A DNA stretch of 64,000 nucleotides. Origin: Convolutriloba macropyga. Its lineage: Eukaryota. The notes under the pieces were generated by a model. It saw only the letters and a program-made list of their open reading frames with translations, searched no databases and was not told the DNA's origin. This document shows positions 23,276 to 35,688 of this stretch, in pieces (position 1 is the stretch's first letter; each line of letters opens with the position of its first letter). The translations under genes and the position numbers were made by a program. The stretch lies in contig NC_134482.1 of assembly GCF_964194025.1 (NCBI RefSeq), forward strand, positions 42,656,001 through 42,720,000, in the 5' to 3' direction.

Positions 23276-24935
23276 AACTATAGACCAATTTCAGACAACT
23301 ATAGACCAATTCCAGACAACTATAGACCAATTCCAGACAACTATAGACCAATTTCACTCACACCATGTGTATCAAAAATTTTTGAAACTCTTCTCAGAGA
23401 CCAAATTGTAGATTACTTATGGAGTGAAAAGCTGATCACCAAAACGCAATATGGATTTAGAAAAAGATTTTCAACGACAGATGCAATCACGTAATGTACT
23501 GAGTTTATACGATCAGAAACTGATAAAAGTAAATATGTATCTGCTGCCCTAATGGATTTATCCAAGGCTTTTGACTCTATAAACCACACAATTCTTGATG
23601 AAAAATTATTTATGTTAGGTTTTAATACATCGTCTAGGCTATTAATCAAAAATTTTCTGTCTCATCGCGAGCAGCAAGTAAAAATACAAAACATTCTATC
23701 GGATCCAGTTGAACTCACAAGAGGAGTTCCTCAAGGGACGGTCCATGGTCCACTGCTGTTCAATTTATACATAAATGACATACATAAATACATTGACAAC
23801 GAAACAGAGTTTATTCATTATGCAGATGACACAATTGTTCTCACATCCAATACCTCAATCGAAGATGGCAAAAAAAATTGGAAATGGAAACACGAAAGTT
23901 AATAACTTTTTCCAATCAAATGAGTTAAGTCTCAATGCCTCTAAAACAGAGTTCATAGTCTTTAGCAAAACAAAACGAACTGCCAATACACACATGGTTG
24001 TTGACATTGTAGTCATTGATGAAAAAGAGGCGATCAAATACTTAGGCGTCCACATTGATAGATTATTAACTTTCCAAGAAGAATCAAAACACATACTAAA
24101 AAAAATGCCGGTATTAAGACTATTTATACAATAAGAAGAACAATTCCAGACAATATGAAAAAACTCATTCTCAACGCATTAGTGTTGAGTCACATACATT
24201 ATTCAGCAACTATCATTCAGTCTATCAACCAAAATCTTGTTCTAACAATTGACAGACAACTTAATTGGGCAGTTAAAGCTAGCTTCTTTAGGAAAAAGTT
24301 TGATTCATCTAGAGATCTGAAACTAAAGTATAAAATTCTACCTATGCATTTTTTTTGAAATTAAAGCAAATTAATTACATCTGGAAGATTAAAACCAACC
24401 AACTACCAGCATTTGATAAAAGCAGGGGCCGTGAACTTAAAACCTGGAAAATTAACAAAAATGAAAGAACTGGACTCGAGTACTGGGGCTCAATTCAAGA
24501 GCTCAAAACTAGAAAATTCATTCGTTAGAGAAAAGCTTTACAGGACTGGAATTCTTTACCTTGTCTCTTAAGAAAAAACGAAAATAAAAAAATTCAAAAA
24601 ACAAATCTTTAATCATATTTTTTAGGAATTTAAAGGTGACCCTTGCATGCAGTTATCGGATTGTTTCTCTTGGAAACTTGTAAGGTTTAAAAACTAACTT
24701 TTCTTGGGTTCCAATTCGAATAATTAAAATTTTTTTCAGTAATGACATTGCTATTTTTATTAGTGATACTTTGCACTGCCATTTTGTTTTGCGCAATCTA
24801 CTTTTTTGTTTTTGCACAGCAATAATGGATTGAATTCAGTGTTCTTTTTTTTGGAATCGTATAGGACAAGTCGACCGAAATTTGGCTGGCCGTAATTAAT
24901 TGTAGCATTGAGAAGAATTCTAATAAAGAAGTATT
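23276..24935 (+). mobile_element. 5'-truncated, decayed CR1/L2-group LINE in PQBP1 intron 1
   Basis: NYRPISLTP, QYGFR, DLSKAFDSINH, GVPQGTVHGPLLFNLYIND, YADDT, LNASKT and KYLGVHID, with frameshifts and stops. AATAAA near 24922. Confidence 0.88.
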
Positions 24936-25271
24936 GTGTGAAAACAAGCTGTCGGTGTAAGACCGAGTTAATTTACCATAGCTAAAAACACGCGCCTTGT
25001 AAATCATAAAGTTTCGAAATTAAGTACCGGAGCTACATTGTCACAACTTCTTTACGTGGGTAAAATCTAAAACAAACCAAGAGATTCTGACTTTTTGAAC
25101 CTTAGAAACCGCAATTGTTGCCAATAAAGTGCAGTGCTACTCATAAAAAGATCCGTCTGAAGTGTGTTTGATAAGAAAAAGGGCTGCTGAGTACAGGCCA
25201 CGGTTTCTCTAATACTTTTCAGCTGCGATTATGCAAAAATTATGTTTGTTATTGACATACTGACATTTCAG

Positions 25272-25746
25272 TTGCACCTGAGGAGAAGGAAGAAGTTATA
25301 GTCGAAGATTATTCAACTGGAAAACAAACGAGTGATAATGAGGCCGATTCCTCGTCCAGTAGTGATGAAGAATCGCCGGAATCTCAACTTTCCAATAACA
25401 AAACCGAATCGTCAAAGCCAGGAGGACCTATCAAGTCCGTCCTTAAGTCCACCCCCAAAGTAACTGGCAAAAGACCATCGTTTCCAGTCAAAAGGCCAAC
25501 AAGTCCACCAAGGGGTCCGGTTGCTGGTTGCCCAAACACTTCAAACCCCTTCCATGAATGCTCAATTTACTGTAAAGAGAAGTATGGAAAAGCTAGCCAG
25601 ACATCAGAGACAGTCGGTGGGAAAGTGAGGAAAAGTGTCGGATTCTCAGAAGATACAAAAGACTCAGATTTTCCAAAGCCAGAGGACGAAATTGAGGATA
25701 AGTTGCCACTTCCACCATTTTGGATTAAAGTTATTGACCCTAAAAG
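25272..25746 (+). CDS. PQBP1: PQBP1 exon 2
   Basis: Acceptor tttcAG at 25270-25271. EEVIVEDY, GCPNTSNPFHECSIYC and first half of the WW domain LPPFWIKVIDPK. Donor GTAAGT at 25747. Not in the ORF track (no ATG). Confidence 0.88.
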
Positions 25747-26399
25747 GTAAGTCCACTTGAACAAATTAATAGTTTCTATTTTCTATCTTGGTTAATCTCC
25801 ACGCAGCATTTCTGCAAAGGTTCAAAAATCGAACAGTATGCCTATATGCGGGGTGTTAATGTTCGTCAGAACCGAAGCTGCTACTTTCCATATCTCTATC
25901 TACCTGTCTCTCTCCTACAATACTCCAATTTTCTGTATATATAGGTAAGCGCACTTAAATAAATAAACGCTTTCTGTTTTCGATCTTGTTTAATCTCCTC
26001 TCAGTTGTTCTCGTTCATCAGCTCTGAAGCTGCTAAAATACATATCTATCTATCTCCATCTATCCTGTATAGCTTCAATTTGTGGTATATTGATATCCTG
26101 GCTTCCGTTCGTCTTTTCGTTGACTCTTTTGTTGTCTCTCCGCTCATTGGGCGTGGCAAATAAAAAATAACCTTATTATCTTCTCTGTATGGAATCTATT
26201 GCAATGGCCAGTCATTTCTTTTCACAACTTGTATATGAAGATCGTTTGTGTTACCATCCATCATACAAGACGATTGCGCGTGTTTCTTTTACTATAACAA
26301 TCAAATGTCGGAAATACGATGCCTTGATAGCTTATTCAATAAGCATTGTCTCCCCCCTTAATGAGTTGCCCAATAGTGATAATTCACTGGTTATTGTGA

Positions 26400-27850
26400 G
26401 TGCACCGATTGCGGGTTATTTCATGAGTGGTTTTGGAACTTTTTTCAACATTTATTTTAATCTAGACTTTATTGTCACCTTGAACGCTTGCATGTTTTTT
26501 TGACGCGTGCACCGATTCTTTGCAACATAAATCGAAAGACGATTCTCAAATCATTTAGTGGGTGGCTTTGGAATTGATTTTGATATTTATTTCCATCTTG
26601 AAGTTATTGTCAGCCCGGACGCTTGCATGTGTTATTTGACATGTGCACCGAGTCTTGGCAATAGAAATCTAATGACTATTCTCTTTAATCATTTAATCAA
26701 TGGTTTTGGAATTCGTTTTGACATTCTATTTCATGGAAAAGTTATTGTCAGCCAAGACGCTTGCATGTGTTTGTGACGTGTGCACCGATTCTTGGCCATA
26801 GAAATTTAATGACTTGACTATTCTCTTTAATCATTTAATCAATGGTTTTTGAATTCGTTTTGACATTCAATTTCACGGAAAAGTTATTGTCAGCCAAGAC
26901 GCTTGCATATGTTTTTGACGTGTGCACCGATTCTTGGCCACAGAAATTTAATGACTTGACTATTCTCTTTAATCATTTAATCAATGGTTTTGGAATTCGT
27001 TTTGACATTCTATTTCATGGAAAAGTTATTGTCAGCCAAGACGCTTGCATGTGTTTGTGACGTGTGCACCGATTCTTGGCCATAGAAATTTAATGACTTG
27101 ACTATTCTCTTTAATCATTTAATCAATGGTTTTTGAATTCGTTTTGACATTCAATTTCACGGAAAAGTTATTGTCAGCCAAGACGCTTGCATGTGTTTCT
27201 GACGTGTGCACCGATTCTTGGCCATAGCAATATTATGACTATTCTCTTTAATCATTCAATCAATGGTTTTGGAATTCGTTTTGACATTCTATTTCATGGA
27301 AAAGTTATTGTCAGCCAAGACGCTTGCATGTGTTTGTGACGTGTGCACCGATTCTTGGCCATAAAAATTTAATGACTATTCTCTTTAATCATTTAATAGA
27401 TGGTTTTGGAATTGGCTTTGACATTCTATTTCATGGAAAAGTTATTGTCAGCCAAGACGCTTGCATGTGTTTGTGACGTGTGCACCGATTCTTGGCCATA
27501 AAAATTTAATGACTATTCTCTTTAATCATTTAATAGATGGTTTTGGAATTGGCTTTGACATTTGATTTCATCTAGAAGTTGTGGTCAGCCAGGACGGTTG
27601 CGTGTGTTTTTTTGACGTGTGCACCGATTCTTGGCAATAGAAATTTATTGACTATTCTCTTTAATCATTTAATCAATGGTTTTTGAATTGACTTTGACAT
27701 TTAATTTCATCTGGAAGTCAATGTCAGCCAGGATGCTTGCATGTGTCTTTGACGTGTGCACCGATTCTTGGCAATATAAGTTGAAATACGATTCTGTAAA
27801 ATCATTTAGTAAGTGGTTTTGAAATTGGTTTCGACATTAACTCTCATCTT
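26400..27850. repeat. Tandem satellite, about 10 units of 137-142 bp, in PQBP1 intron 2
   Basis: tgcacc anchor at 26508, 26644, 26781, 26923, 27065, 27207, 27344, 27481, 27620, 27757. Central units near-identical, edge units diverged. Confidence 0.92.
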
Positions 27851-28041
27851 TGATTTATTTTCAGCCAAGGGAGCCTTTTGTATTTTTGACGTATGACCAT
27901 ATCTTCTAATATTAAAAAATTCCATATTCCAATAGTAAAAAAAGTAACAAAAATGATCTTCTGTCATATGCACATCTTCAGGTTGCTCTATGAATGATGA
28001 TCTTTTAGATGACCATTCAAAGTGTATTGGGGATGTTTTAG

Positions 28042-28177
28042 TGGCTACTCGTACTATTGGAATCGGGAGACTGATTTGGTCACATGGCTCCACCCCCTGG
28101 ACGAGGATGCTGTGATAACATTGGCTGCCTCTAAACTCGCAGAAGCTGTTGCAGCCAAAAGAGCAGCAGAATTTAAT
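28042..28177 (+). CDS. PQBP1: PQBP1 exon 3 (second half of WW domain)
   Basis: Acceptor ttttAG at 28040-28041. SGYSYYWNRETDLVTWLHPLDEDAVIT. Donor GTTAGT at 28178. Confidence 0.9.
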
Positions 28178-28579
28178 GTTAGTTAATATTTTAACAGTAA
28201 TTTCATGCCAAGTTACACAATGACAACTTACCCAAATTTTGCCAGATATTCTACCTACCTAATAAGTCTGATTTTTAGAAAGAGTAATCAAATTTTTGCA
28301 ATAGTAGGAATGTGCAGGTATGCTGTCTGATTCTTACTGGATTGAAGTTGCTGAACAGCTAGCCTATTTAGAATTGCTTTGTGTACGTTTTTTTTAAACT
28401 TTAAATTAGTTGGAATTTTTATCCGTGTGTTACTGTAAAGTGAAAATACCAGTGCCTGTCTGGCGCTTCGGAAGCTACCATTTCTGCTTTTGGTCAAAAT
28501 TGATATCCAAACATTACAGTCCATCGCTGTGATTAATTTACCCTTTTTCTAGCAAATATATCGGATTAAGGGATATATA

Positions 28580-28947
28580 GGTGTCCCGCCTTTTCACCCC
28601 TATTCATTTAACCTCAGTTTATTCACCCCTGTATCATTTAACTCCTCTAGCATTTCACCCCGATTTCAATCTTTCTATAAAATAAGGATTATTAAATTAG
28701 CAATATATTCATTTGGCCATGCCTCGCAGGCCATGGCCGTGCCTCAGCGGCCCGTGGGACTTGATATGAAACTATCACAACTAAACGTGGGATTAATTTA
28801 TCCACCTAATTATGACAAAACATGCCTTTAATGTCGGCTGCTAATTGGCGGGATGAAATGATAGAGGGGTGAAATGATAGATGGGTTAAATGATAGAGGG
28901 GTGAATATATCGGGGTTAAATGAATAGGGGTGAAAAGAAGTAGAACC
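28580..28947. mobile_element. Foldback-like MITE with long TIRs built of about 18-bp sub-repeats
   Basis: Left cttttcacccctattcatttaacc is the inverse of right ggttaaatgaataggggtgaaaag. No convincing TSD. Confidence 0.65.
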
Positions 28948-29512
28948 ACAGTAGAAGTAGACTTCTGTTCGATCTCAATTTAGCATTGCCTCCATTTTTG
29001 CTCAATTTTGAATTTGCTGCTCGAATTGTTGCAAATTCCAGCGCGAAGTGGAATAAAACTCAAAGTCGGTAAATGAACTTACTGGTCCTTTTTGAGCATG
29101 TAACGTGAAGCCTGGCCATTACATTTCTTAAAACATTACATTTTTAAAACATCATGCGGCAGCCTATTCCACAGTCTAAGGCGGAAAACAGTAACGTCAA
29201 GGAACATTGTCAGTTATTGTCATTGTTGTCCACAAAAACCTTGAAAAGCCTCAAAAATACTATTTACAACGTAATAAGATTCTTTTTGTGCAATTAAAAG
29301 GTTCTTTTTCTTTTTCAATATTTTTATTGCTCTCGAATGAAGTTTGAAGCACATATTGTTGTAAACACTTTTGTCTTTTTTATGCAAAATTTTTGCTTGA
29401 CCGTTTTAAGTTGCCCCGCCTGTCGTTCGAGAGCAATTTGTCCGACGTTAGTCGGTTTTTTGTTGCGTAGTGAAAGTAGGCAAGCTTTACGTAATCTTCA
29501 CATTGTTTTCAG

Positions 29513-29704
29513 AAACAGAAGTTATCACATCAGCCCAATCTATCAACCAAACATTCACTCGGTACAGGTGGAGTTTTAACTTCTGGTGATAAAGACGAGA
29601 ACAGCAATGATGATGATGATGATGAAGAGGACGATGTGGATCCGAGGTGTTCAAACTGTGACAGGATTCTCAGTAATGACGGCTTGTGTCCATCTTGTAA
29701 TAAA
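29513..29704 (+). CDS. PQBP1: PQBP1 predicted exon 4 (acidic tract + CxxC-x8-CxxC)
   Basis: Acceptor ttttcAG at 29511-29512, 192 nt open in phase 0, donor GTTAGT at 29705. No PQBP1 homology recalled for this segment, so support is from splice signals and frame only. Confidence 0.68.
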
Positions 29705-29748
29705 GTTAGTACTGCTCGAATTAAAGGCTGAGATTCTTTACAGTTATC

Positions 29749-29951
29749 GGGTCTTCTCCGTTTGTCCCCTTGCCCCCTCCCTCCCCTTCCAGCTTTGTGG
29801 GTGCATATTATTTGCACGTCTCAGATGCAGGTCCGTATTTTTTATATTTTATTTACTATGTAATGGTACGTGCTCTGGAAATGGGGGTGTACACTTCGGG
29901 GGGGGGGGGGGGGGGGGGGGAGGGGGGGGGATGCACGAAAGGGAAAGAGCC
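29749..29951. mobile_element. Merlin-like MITE (GG...CC ends, 8-bp TSD cagttatc/ccgttatc)
   Basis: Imperfect TIRs gggtcttctccg / gggaaagagcc. Interior is an inverted relative of 53726-53888. Confidence 0.6.
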
Positions 29952-31017
29952 CCGTTATCATTGCAAGTGTTTACTGGTACCTAGTAAATTTACTCATCTT
30001 TAATACCCGATTCCACTGTTTCCTAATTTATTTAAACTATAGACTTTACTTTGGTTTTCTTCTTCAAAAAACGACTGGTTTGCGAGCGGCGTCCTCTTAT
30101 ATCATTGCATTTTGTTTTTTTGAAAGAAAGCAGAATTTGGCATCAGGTTTCAATTTTACGGAGAAAAAAAATGTATTAATGGTATTAACTTAAGAAGGAT
30201 TTTACATCTTACATTTCGTTTTAATTTTGAATTTACTTGTTAAAGAAATGTATGTAATAGCAATTTAGTAACGTCAAACTTCTCATAACCCTCCCCTCCC
30301 CGCCCAACAAAAAATTTAGCTCCTCATTGTTTCCACATGTTTTGAAAAAAATGAGAAAACTTTGCGCTAGCTCCACTTTTTTTTGTTCAATTTTTGACTT
30401 TTTGAGGGCATCCCAGGTTTTCATAAGCTTCAGCGAGTGGACAGCTAATTCTGAGATAAGAGAAAATCAGATTTTTGCGATTCTTAGTTGTCTTGCCGTG
30501 CTTTGACTGCTGGTTTTACTTTTATCCCCTTTTCACCATAGATTTTTCTCGACTATTATTAGAAGGTTAAACGTTGCTTCCAATAGTGTTTAGCCTCAAC
30601 TATGCGGACCACTTTTTATTATAATGAAAATGTTGACTTTGAATGTTTTTGGAAAAACTAGATATTATTTAATTCGAGTTCTTTTTCAGTCTTTTTTTGC
30701 GGCTTGCCTGATTATCATTAATGCTAACAATTCGTATTGAAAAGAGGCAGTTTTTTTTAAATATAGATCAAATTATTCTCATGGCTTAGAAACGACCGTT
30801 TCTTCAAGTCAGAACATTTTTCAAATTTTGTTCTGACGTTTTCTCCCTATTTTGCTGTTTTCCTTCTGGTTACTGGCAGCTTCCTGTTTTCCTTCTGGTT
30901 ACTAGCAGCTTCCTGTTTTAAAAATATATTGTCCTCCTTTTGAACCCTCGTCTACGTAGCTTATGGTTCTATCCAAATTGATATTATTTTGTCAGAGCTA
31001 ATTTTTTTGATTTGATG

Positions 31018-31020
<3 letters not shown>

Positions 31021-31061
<41 letters not shown>

Positions 31062-31068
31062 ATATATA
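31021..31068. repeat. (TA)n microsatellite
   Basis: Direct reading. Confidence 0.95.
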
Positions 31069-32887
31069 GTAATGATTTTCGTTCTGCGAGCGTTAAAATC
31101 GAGTTTACAGCATAAAGCAAATACTATTTTTCAGGTGCCTCAAAGATCTTTTCTATTTACTGCACAATTGTATAATATAAGCTACCAAAACTTTGTTACC
31201 AATTCAGGGCTGTCACATAGAAAATCTGTCAAGATTTGAAAAAAGCTGATTCTGCATTAATTAAGTTGCTTTTTTCTAACGGGTACTCTGTCAAAAATGG
31301 GTCTCATATGCTTTCTAAGGCTTCATATTTATACATTTTTTGTTCTTTTTAAAGCTATCAAACTTAGCAAGTTTAGGATTAAGTGAAGCACCACCTGTTC
31401 TGAAAGACGAAATCAAATTTGCTAACTTTTGCCAGCTTTTCAACTCTGCATAGTATTATTGTTATAAATATTTTGTCTATTATGTATACTTTGTATAAAC
31501 ATACATGTACACGTTTGTATAAATATACATTATGTATACATACATATTATGTTTATTTTGTGTAATATGTGGTGTGGGTGCGTTATTAGTCTTCTTAGCT
31601 CAATCTGTATCAACATGATTTTTGATTACTTTGAAACCTCAGTTTTCAAATAATATATTTAAACCTTTTTCAATTGTGTAAACCCCTTTTGTTATACCAA
31701 TAACAGAACACATCAGTAGTCAGGAAATCAATCAGTTAGACAGAATTGCATTTTGTTTGATGTTTTGCTTTGCTAGAATTGCATTCCAGGACTTGCCTTG
31801 CTAATATGAATTTCTCAAACAGATTGATTCGTTTCGCCTGCTTTTGCCGCTTGATTATACAACTGCCTGAATTGATTATGACTTCTCCGTGTAATTTAAT
31901 TTGTTCGTTTTTATCAAATCACCGTAGAGGGGATGTTGCAGGAAAAAACCTGAGAAAAATTAAGAAAGTTCTGTCCTTTTGATAATGTAAGCGACACAAT
32001 CGAAATAATCATGACAACTAAATAAAGTGTGTCAGTTTTCAGTAATTTGCATTTCTGAAACAAACTGTTACGGCTACGAAAATCTCGAAATGAGAAGGGA
32101 TTACGTGAGGTGAAGCGGTTGTTTCCTTAATGGTTTTTGGGTTCGTTTTCGATTATCTAGATAAAACAAGAAATCCTTATTTTATTAAAATTATAACTTC
32201 TTCGGCACATTCACCAATGTTTTGACTAAAATTTTCTTGCTGAGAAAATTAGAGAGTATTGAAAACAGCTAGCTTATAATCAGAAGTCAGCAATTTGACC
32301 TCTGAATTGTCAAAGGAATATCTTTAATTTCTCAAACAGTTATAGAAAAAGACTGATCAAGCTCAATCAAAATAATATTGCAAAAGCATTCAAACTTAAG
32401 GAGTCCGTGTTTAGTTACCACCCATGTTAGGAAAACTTTTTGATAATATTTATCATAATTTAAGTGCGACTAAGTATTTCTTAATTGAAGGTTACTAATT
32501 TTTTTCGCTCGTCCGAAAACTCAAATATTGTTCCCTGTTTTTGGTTTTAAACCTCAGCTAATCAGCTTAGCTTTTTTCGTAACAGACTGATAAAAACAAT
32601 GTTTGGTGCTAAGAAACGTTTCTGAAATATTATTTTGTTTATTTTGATATATGTTATGCTTTCAAAAGCAAATTTGGGAACATTGTGCCACGCACAGGAC
32701 AGTCGAGCCTTCTTGTTCTGATGGTATAAATAAGATAGTTGGGGAGATTACAGAAAAACTGGATTATCGCCCTCCAGTGCACTATGAATACGTTTTATAG
32801 AGGAGTCTTTATGTTCCAGCCCCAATAAGAAGCAGAGTGCTGTTATAATAGTCAGGTATCCGATGAAAAAACTTTTGTCCACCATTT

Positions 32888-33750
32888 AATATCCGCGCAA
32901 CGATAGCATGGGCTAATATTTATTTCGTAATTTTGTAACAATTCAACAAATCCTAATCGTTCTAGAATGCTGCCCCTTTTTTCAATATTGGTCTGCACAT
33001 TTTTAGTCGAATTCGACTGGAAATTTTCATCACGTCAAAACAGGAAGTGGAGAGAAAAGGCGAGTGCTTTAGAGGCGTGGGATCTTTTCATTGCTATTTT
33101 AAAGGAAGCGCGACAAAAAATGGCCTTTTCGCTTTCCATTCCAAGTCATTTTGAGGTCTACTTTTTGCTTGTTCAATGAAACTTCTTTGAATTGTATTTC
33201 AGGACTGTCCTGATGCTTTTTTTATTTATCTAAATTCACGACAGGTTACTTGACGAAGTCGGTAATGCAGCTACGACAACCATTTGATTTGATCAGTTTT
33301 CAGTGATTTCTACTGCTCACCAATTATTATATTTTTGTGACGTCATTTGGTACTCTCATTTGCTTCAGGTTTTTACAAAATGTTGGATAAGTGTTTAGCT
33401 TAGCTCACTCGAGAATTGACTGTTGTACTCGCTTAATGAAATTTTTGATACATTTGATAATTGAATTGCACCTGATTGAAGTTACAGACTTTAGGGCTCC
33501 GATGCACTAGATTATGAGTTTTTGAAGTTTTCATTTGCAACATCTTAATTTAAACAGGATCCCATTTTCTATGCAAGCTTTTTTTCCTTCACGTGAAAAA
33601 GTTTCTCATGGAATCTGAGCCTTACAATTTGGGAAAAAGACAAGCTGCAATTTTCTTATCGCTTTTCCCTTTTTCGTTGCTTTTTTTCCCAATGAACGTG
33701 AGTGAGGTCTATGGCTTCTATTTTCCGGCAATCTGTCGGCTATGGATTTT
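32888..33750 (+). mobile_element. Degenerate family-1 HINE-like element in PQBP1 intron 4
   Basis: 5' palindrome remnant, aaacaggaagtggag.gaaaa.gcgagtg body motif, 3' hairpin ccggca-atc-tgtcgg + ctatg. Confidence 0.55.
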
Positions 33751-34727
33751 AAGTACTCTAACCGGGCTCGGAACAATAATTTTGGTCCTGCTGGTTTTAC
33801 AGTTTTAGTTTGACCGTTTTTCATCTGCAAATGTCTCTTTTTGGGTAACTTTTCATCATTGAGTTCCTGATTTTATAAATATCATTCTTTTTGAGGTAAC
33901 AGGTTTTGGTAAAAATAAGAAAATAGATTTCAGTTAGGTCTTGTACTTTTTCCTAGAGACATCACTGGACAGTTTTCGACTTAACTGAATGTAAATGAAT
34001 CGCTGATTATCCTAATGTAATGGAATCAGTTCATACAGCGTTCAAAAGTTCAAATATAATCTATTTTCTTCATTTAAGAGTTTTAAATAGGAGAACTAAA
34101 AGCCAAATGAAAAGTGCATCATGGTCTTCAAATTTAAATTTGGTCGTCTTTAATGAACTCTATTACCATTTGAAGACCCCTGGTAAGACCCCTGGTAAGA
34201 CCCCGTCCCCACTCCGTTTACTCAGTCAAACTACAATCAAATCCCAATTTGATCTGTTATTTGAGAGCAATCACCTGACGCTAATCGATTATGTTTGTCA
34301 TTGTGTCCTGATTATTGTTGTTGTTGTTGTTGGGGATTTACAGCTGTGCTGAAGGGTCTAAAGTCCCAGTCATCAAATTAAAATAATGTCCATTAGTTTC
34401 TACAGTTTTGACAATCGCAGGACAATTGCCAAGTGCACATATTTCGCTCAGAAAATTTCCTCTCGAAAAAATTCCACATTGTACGTAATATTCGGTTTTT
34501 CAGTCCAGATGGTTCCCTTAATTTTCTAGGTGGTTTGCAATTCGACAGGTTTTAAAGGTGAATTCGCTGCGCGCTTTCTCTGTTCGAGTTTTCGTCATTT
34601 TGAAAATTTCGTTGTTCCTTGTTTCTTTCGTATGTACTTCAGGTAGCTCGATGCCGCTATTCTCTTCATTCAAAGCTTTTGAAATTATGTTTGTCTTTGG
34701 GTCGATGAAGATGTCTATTTTTTTTAG

Positions 34728-34840
34728 CCTAAACAGACCAAGAAGCTAAAGGGACTTCGACCTCCTAAAAGACCCAAAGTAGATGCAAATGAGGAGCTAG
34801 ACCCAATGGATCCAGCTGCCTACGACGAATCTGTGCCCAG
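34728..34840 (+). CDS. PQBP1: PQBP1 exon 5
   Basis: Acceptor tttttAG at 34726-34727. EELDPMDPAAYDESVPR. Donor GTTGGT at 34841 (phase 2). Confidence 0.9.
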
Positions 34841-34877
34841 GTTGGTAATTGAAATCTCGTCACGGAGCTGTTAATAA

Positions 34878-35075
34878 TTCATTGACATATTCACTTGTTC
34901 TGTTCTATATGCTATAACGTAGTCTTTATAAATTATTCCTGACACAATTTTAATGACGGGAGGTATACACGATTCCATTTCATTGACATATTCACTTGTT
35001 CTATCTGCTATAACGTAGTTTTCATAAATAATTCCTGACACAATTTTAATGACGGGAAGTATAAACGATTCCATT
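34878..35075. repeat. About 100-bp direct tandem duplication in PQBP1 intron 5
   Basis: ttcattgacatattcacttgttct...gctataacgtagt...acgattccatt occurs twice. Confidence 0.85.
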
Positions 35076-35540
35076 CTTATGTTATCATTGAGGTCAAAAA
35101 TGGACGCGTACTGATTGATTTCTCCATTTTTGTTAACGATCCACTCCTACTCCTAGTGCCTTTTATAACCACGGCGGTCATTTCTGTATGTGTCACTGTG
35201 TCCTTTCATGGAACAAAATTTTCATTAGTTTACATTAAACAAAGATAATCATTAAACAAAGTTTTCATTACAACAAAGTTTTCATTAACAAAAGTGACCA
35301 AACTAAGCATGTATTTGCATTAACAACAGTCTGTATAGACTAAAGTAGGATATGCTTATATCTCTTTAGGCATATGGTGAAGTTCTTTGTTTATTGTCAA
35401 TTAGCATCTTACTTTAAAATAAAATGTCATGTGAGCAAGTTAGCATAACAATTTCATACCAGCAGCAAAAGGGAGGGGGGACTTGAATAAATCCAGATGT
35501 TAATGATTCAATGTTTTCCTTGTCATCATTGTGATTCCAG

Positions 35541-35688
35541 AGGCACCTGGTCAACTGGCCTGATCCAGCAAGGTGCCAAGGCCGCAGACAGTACAGCAGC
35601 CGGACCCCTATTCCAGCAGAGACCCTACCCGAGCCCAGGAGACGTGCTTCGGGCGAATCGAGAAAATTCGGCTGCTGATGATGATTGA
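35541..35688 (+). CDS. PQBP1: PQBP1 last exon (spliced protein about 376 aa)
   Basis: Acceptor ttccAG at 35539-35540. RGTWSTGL...[25 protein letters not shown] contains the YxxPxxVL U5-15kD-binding motif. Stop at 35686-35688. Six-exon sum is 1131 nt, divisible by 3. Confidence 0.93.

Noticed and set aside
26558-27060. Repeated 72-aa ORFs, or a CRISPR-like array
   Set aside because: Contiguous satellite units with no unique spacers, in a eukaryotic intron.
13812-35688. Conserved synteny with the human PQBP1-TIMM17B pair
   Set aside because: The neighbour here is TIM44, an unrelated protein family, so the resemblance is probably coincidental.
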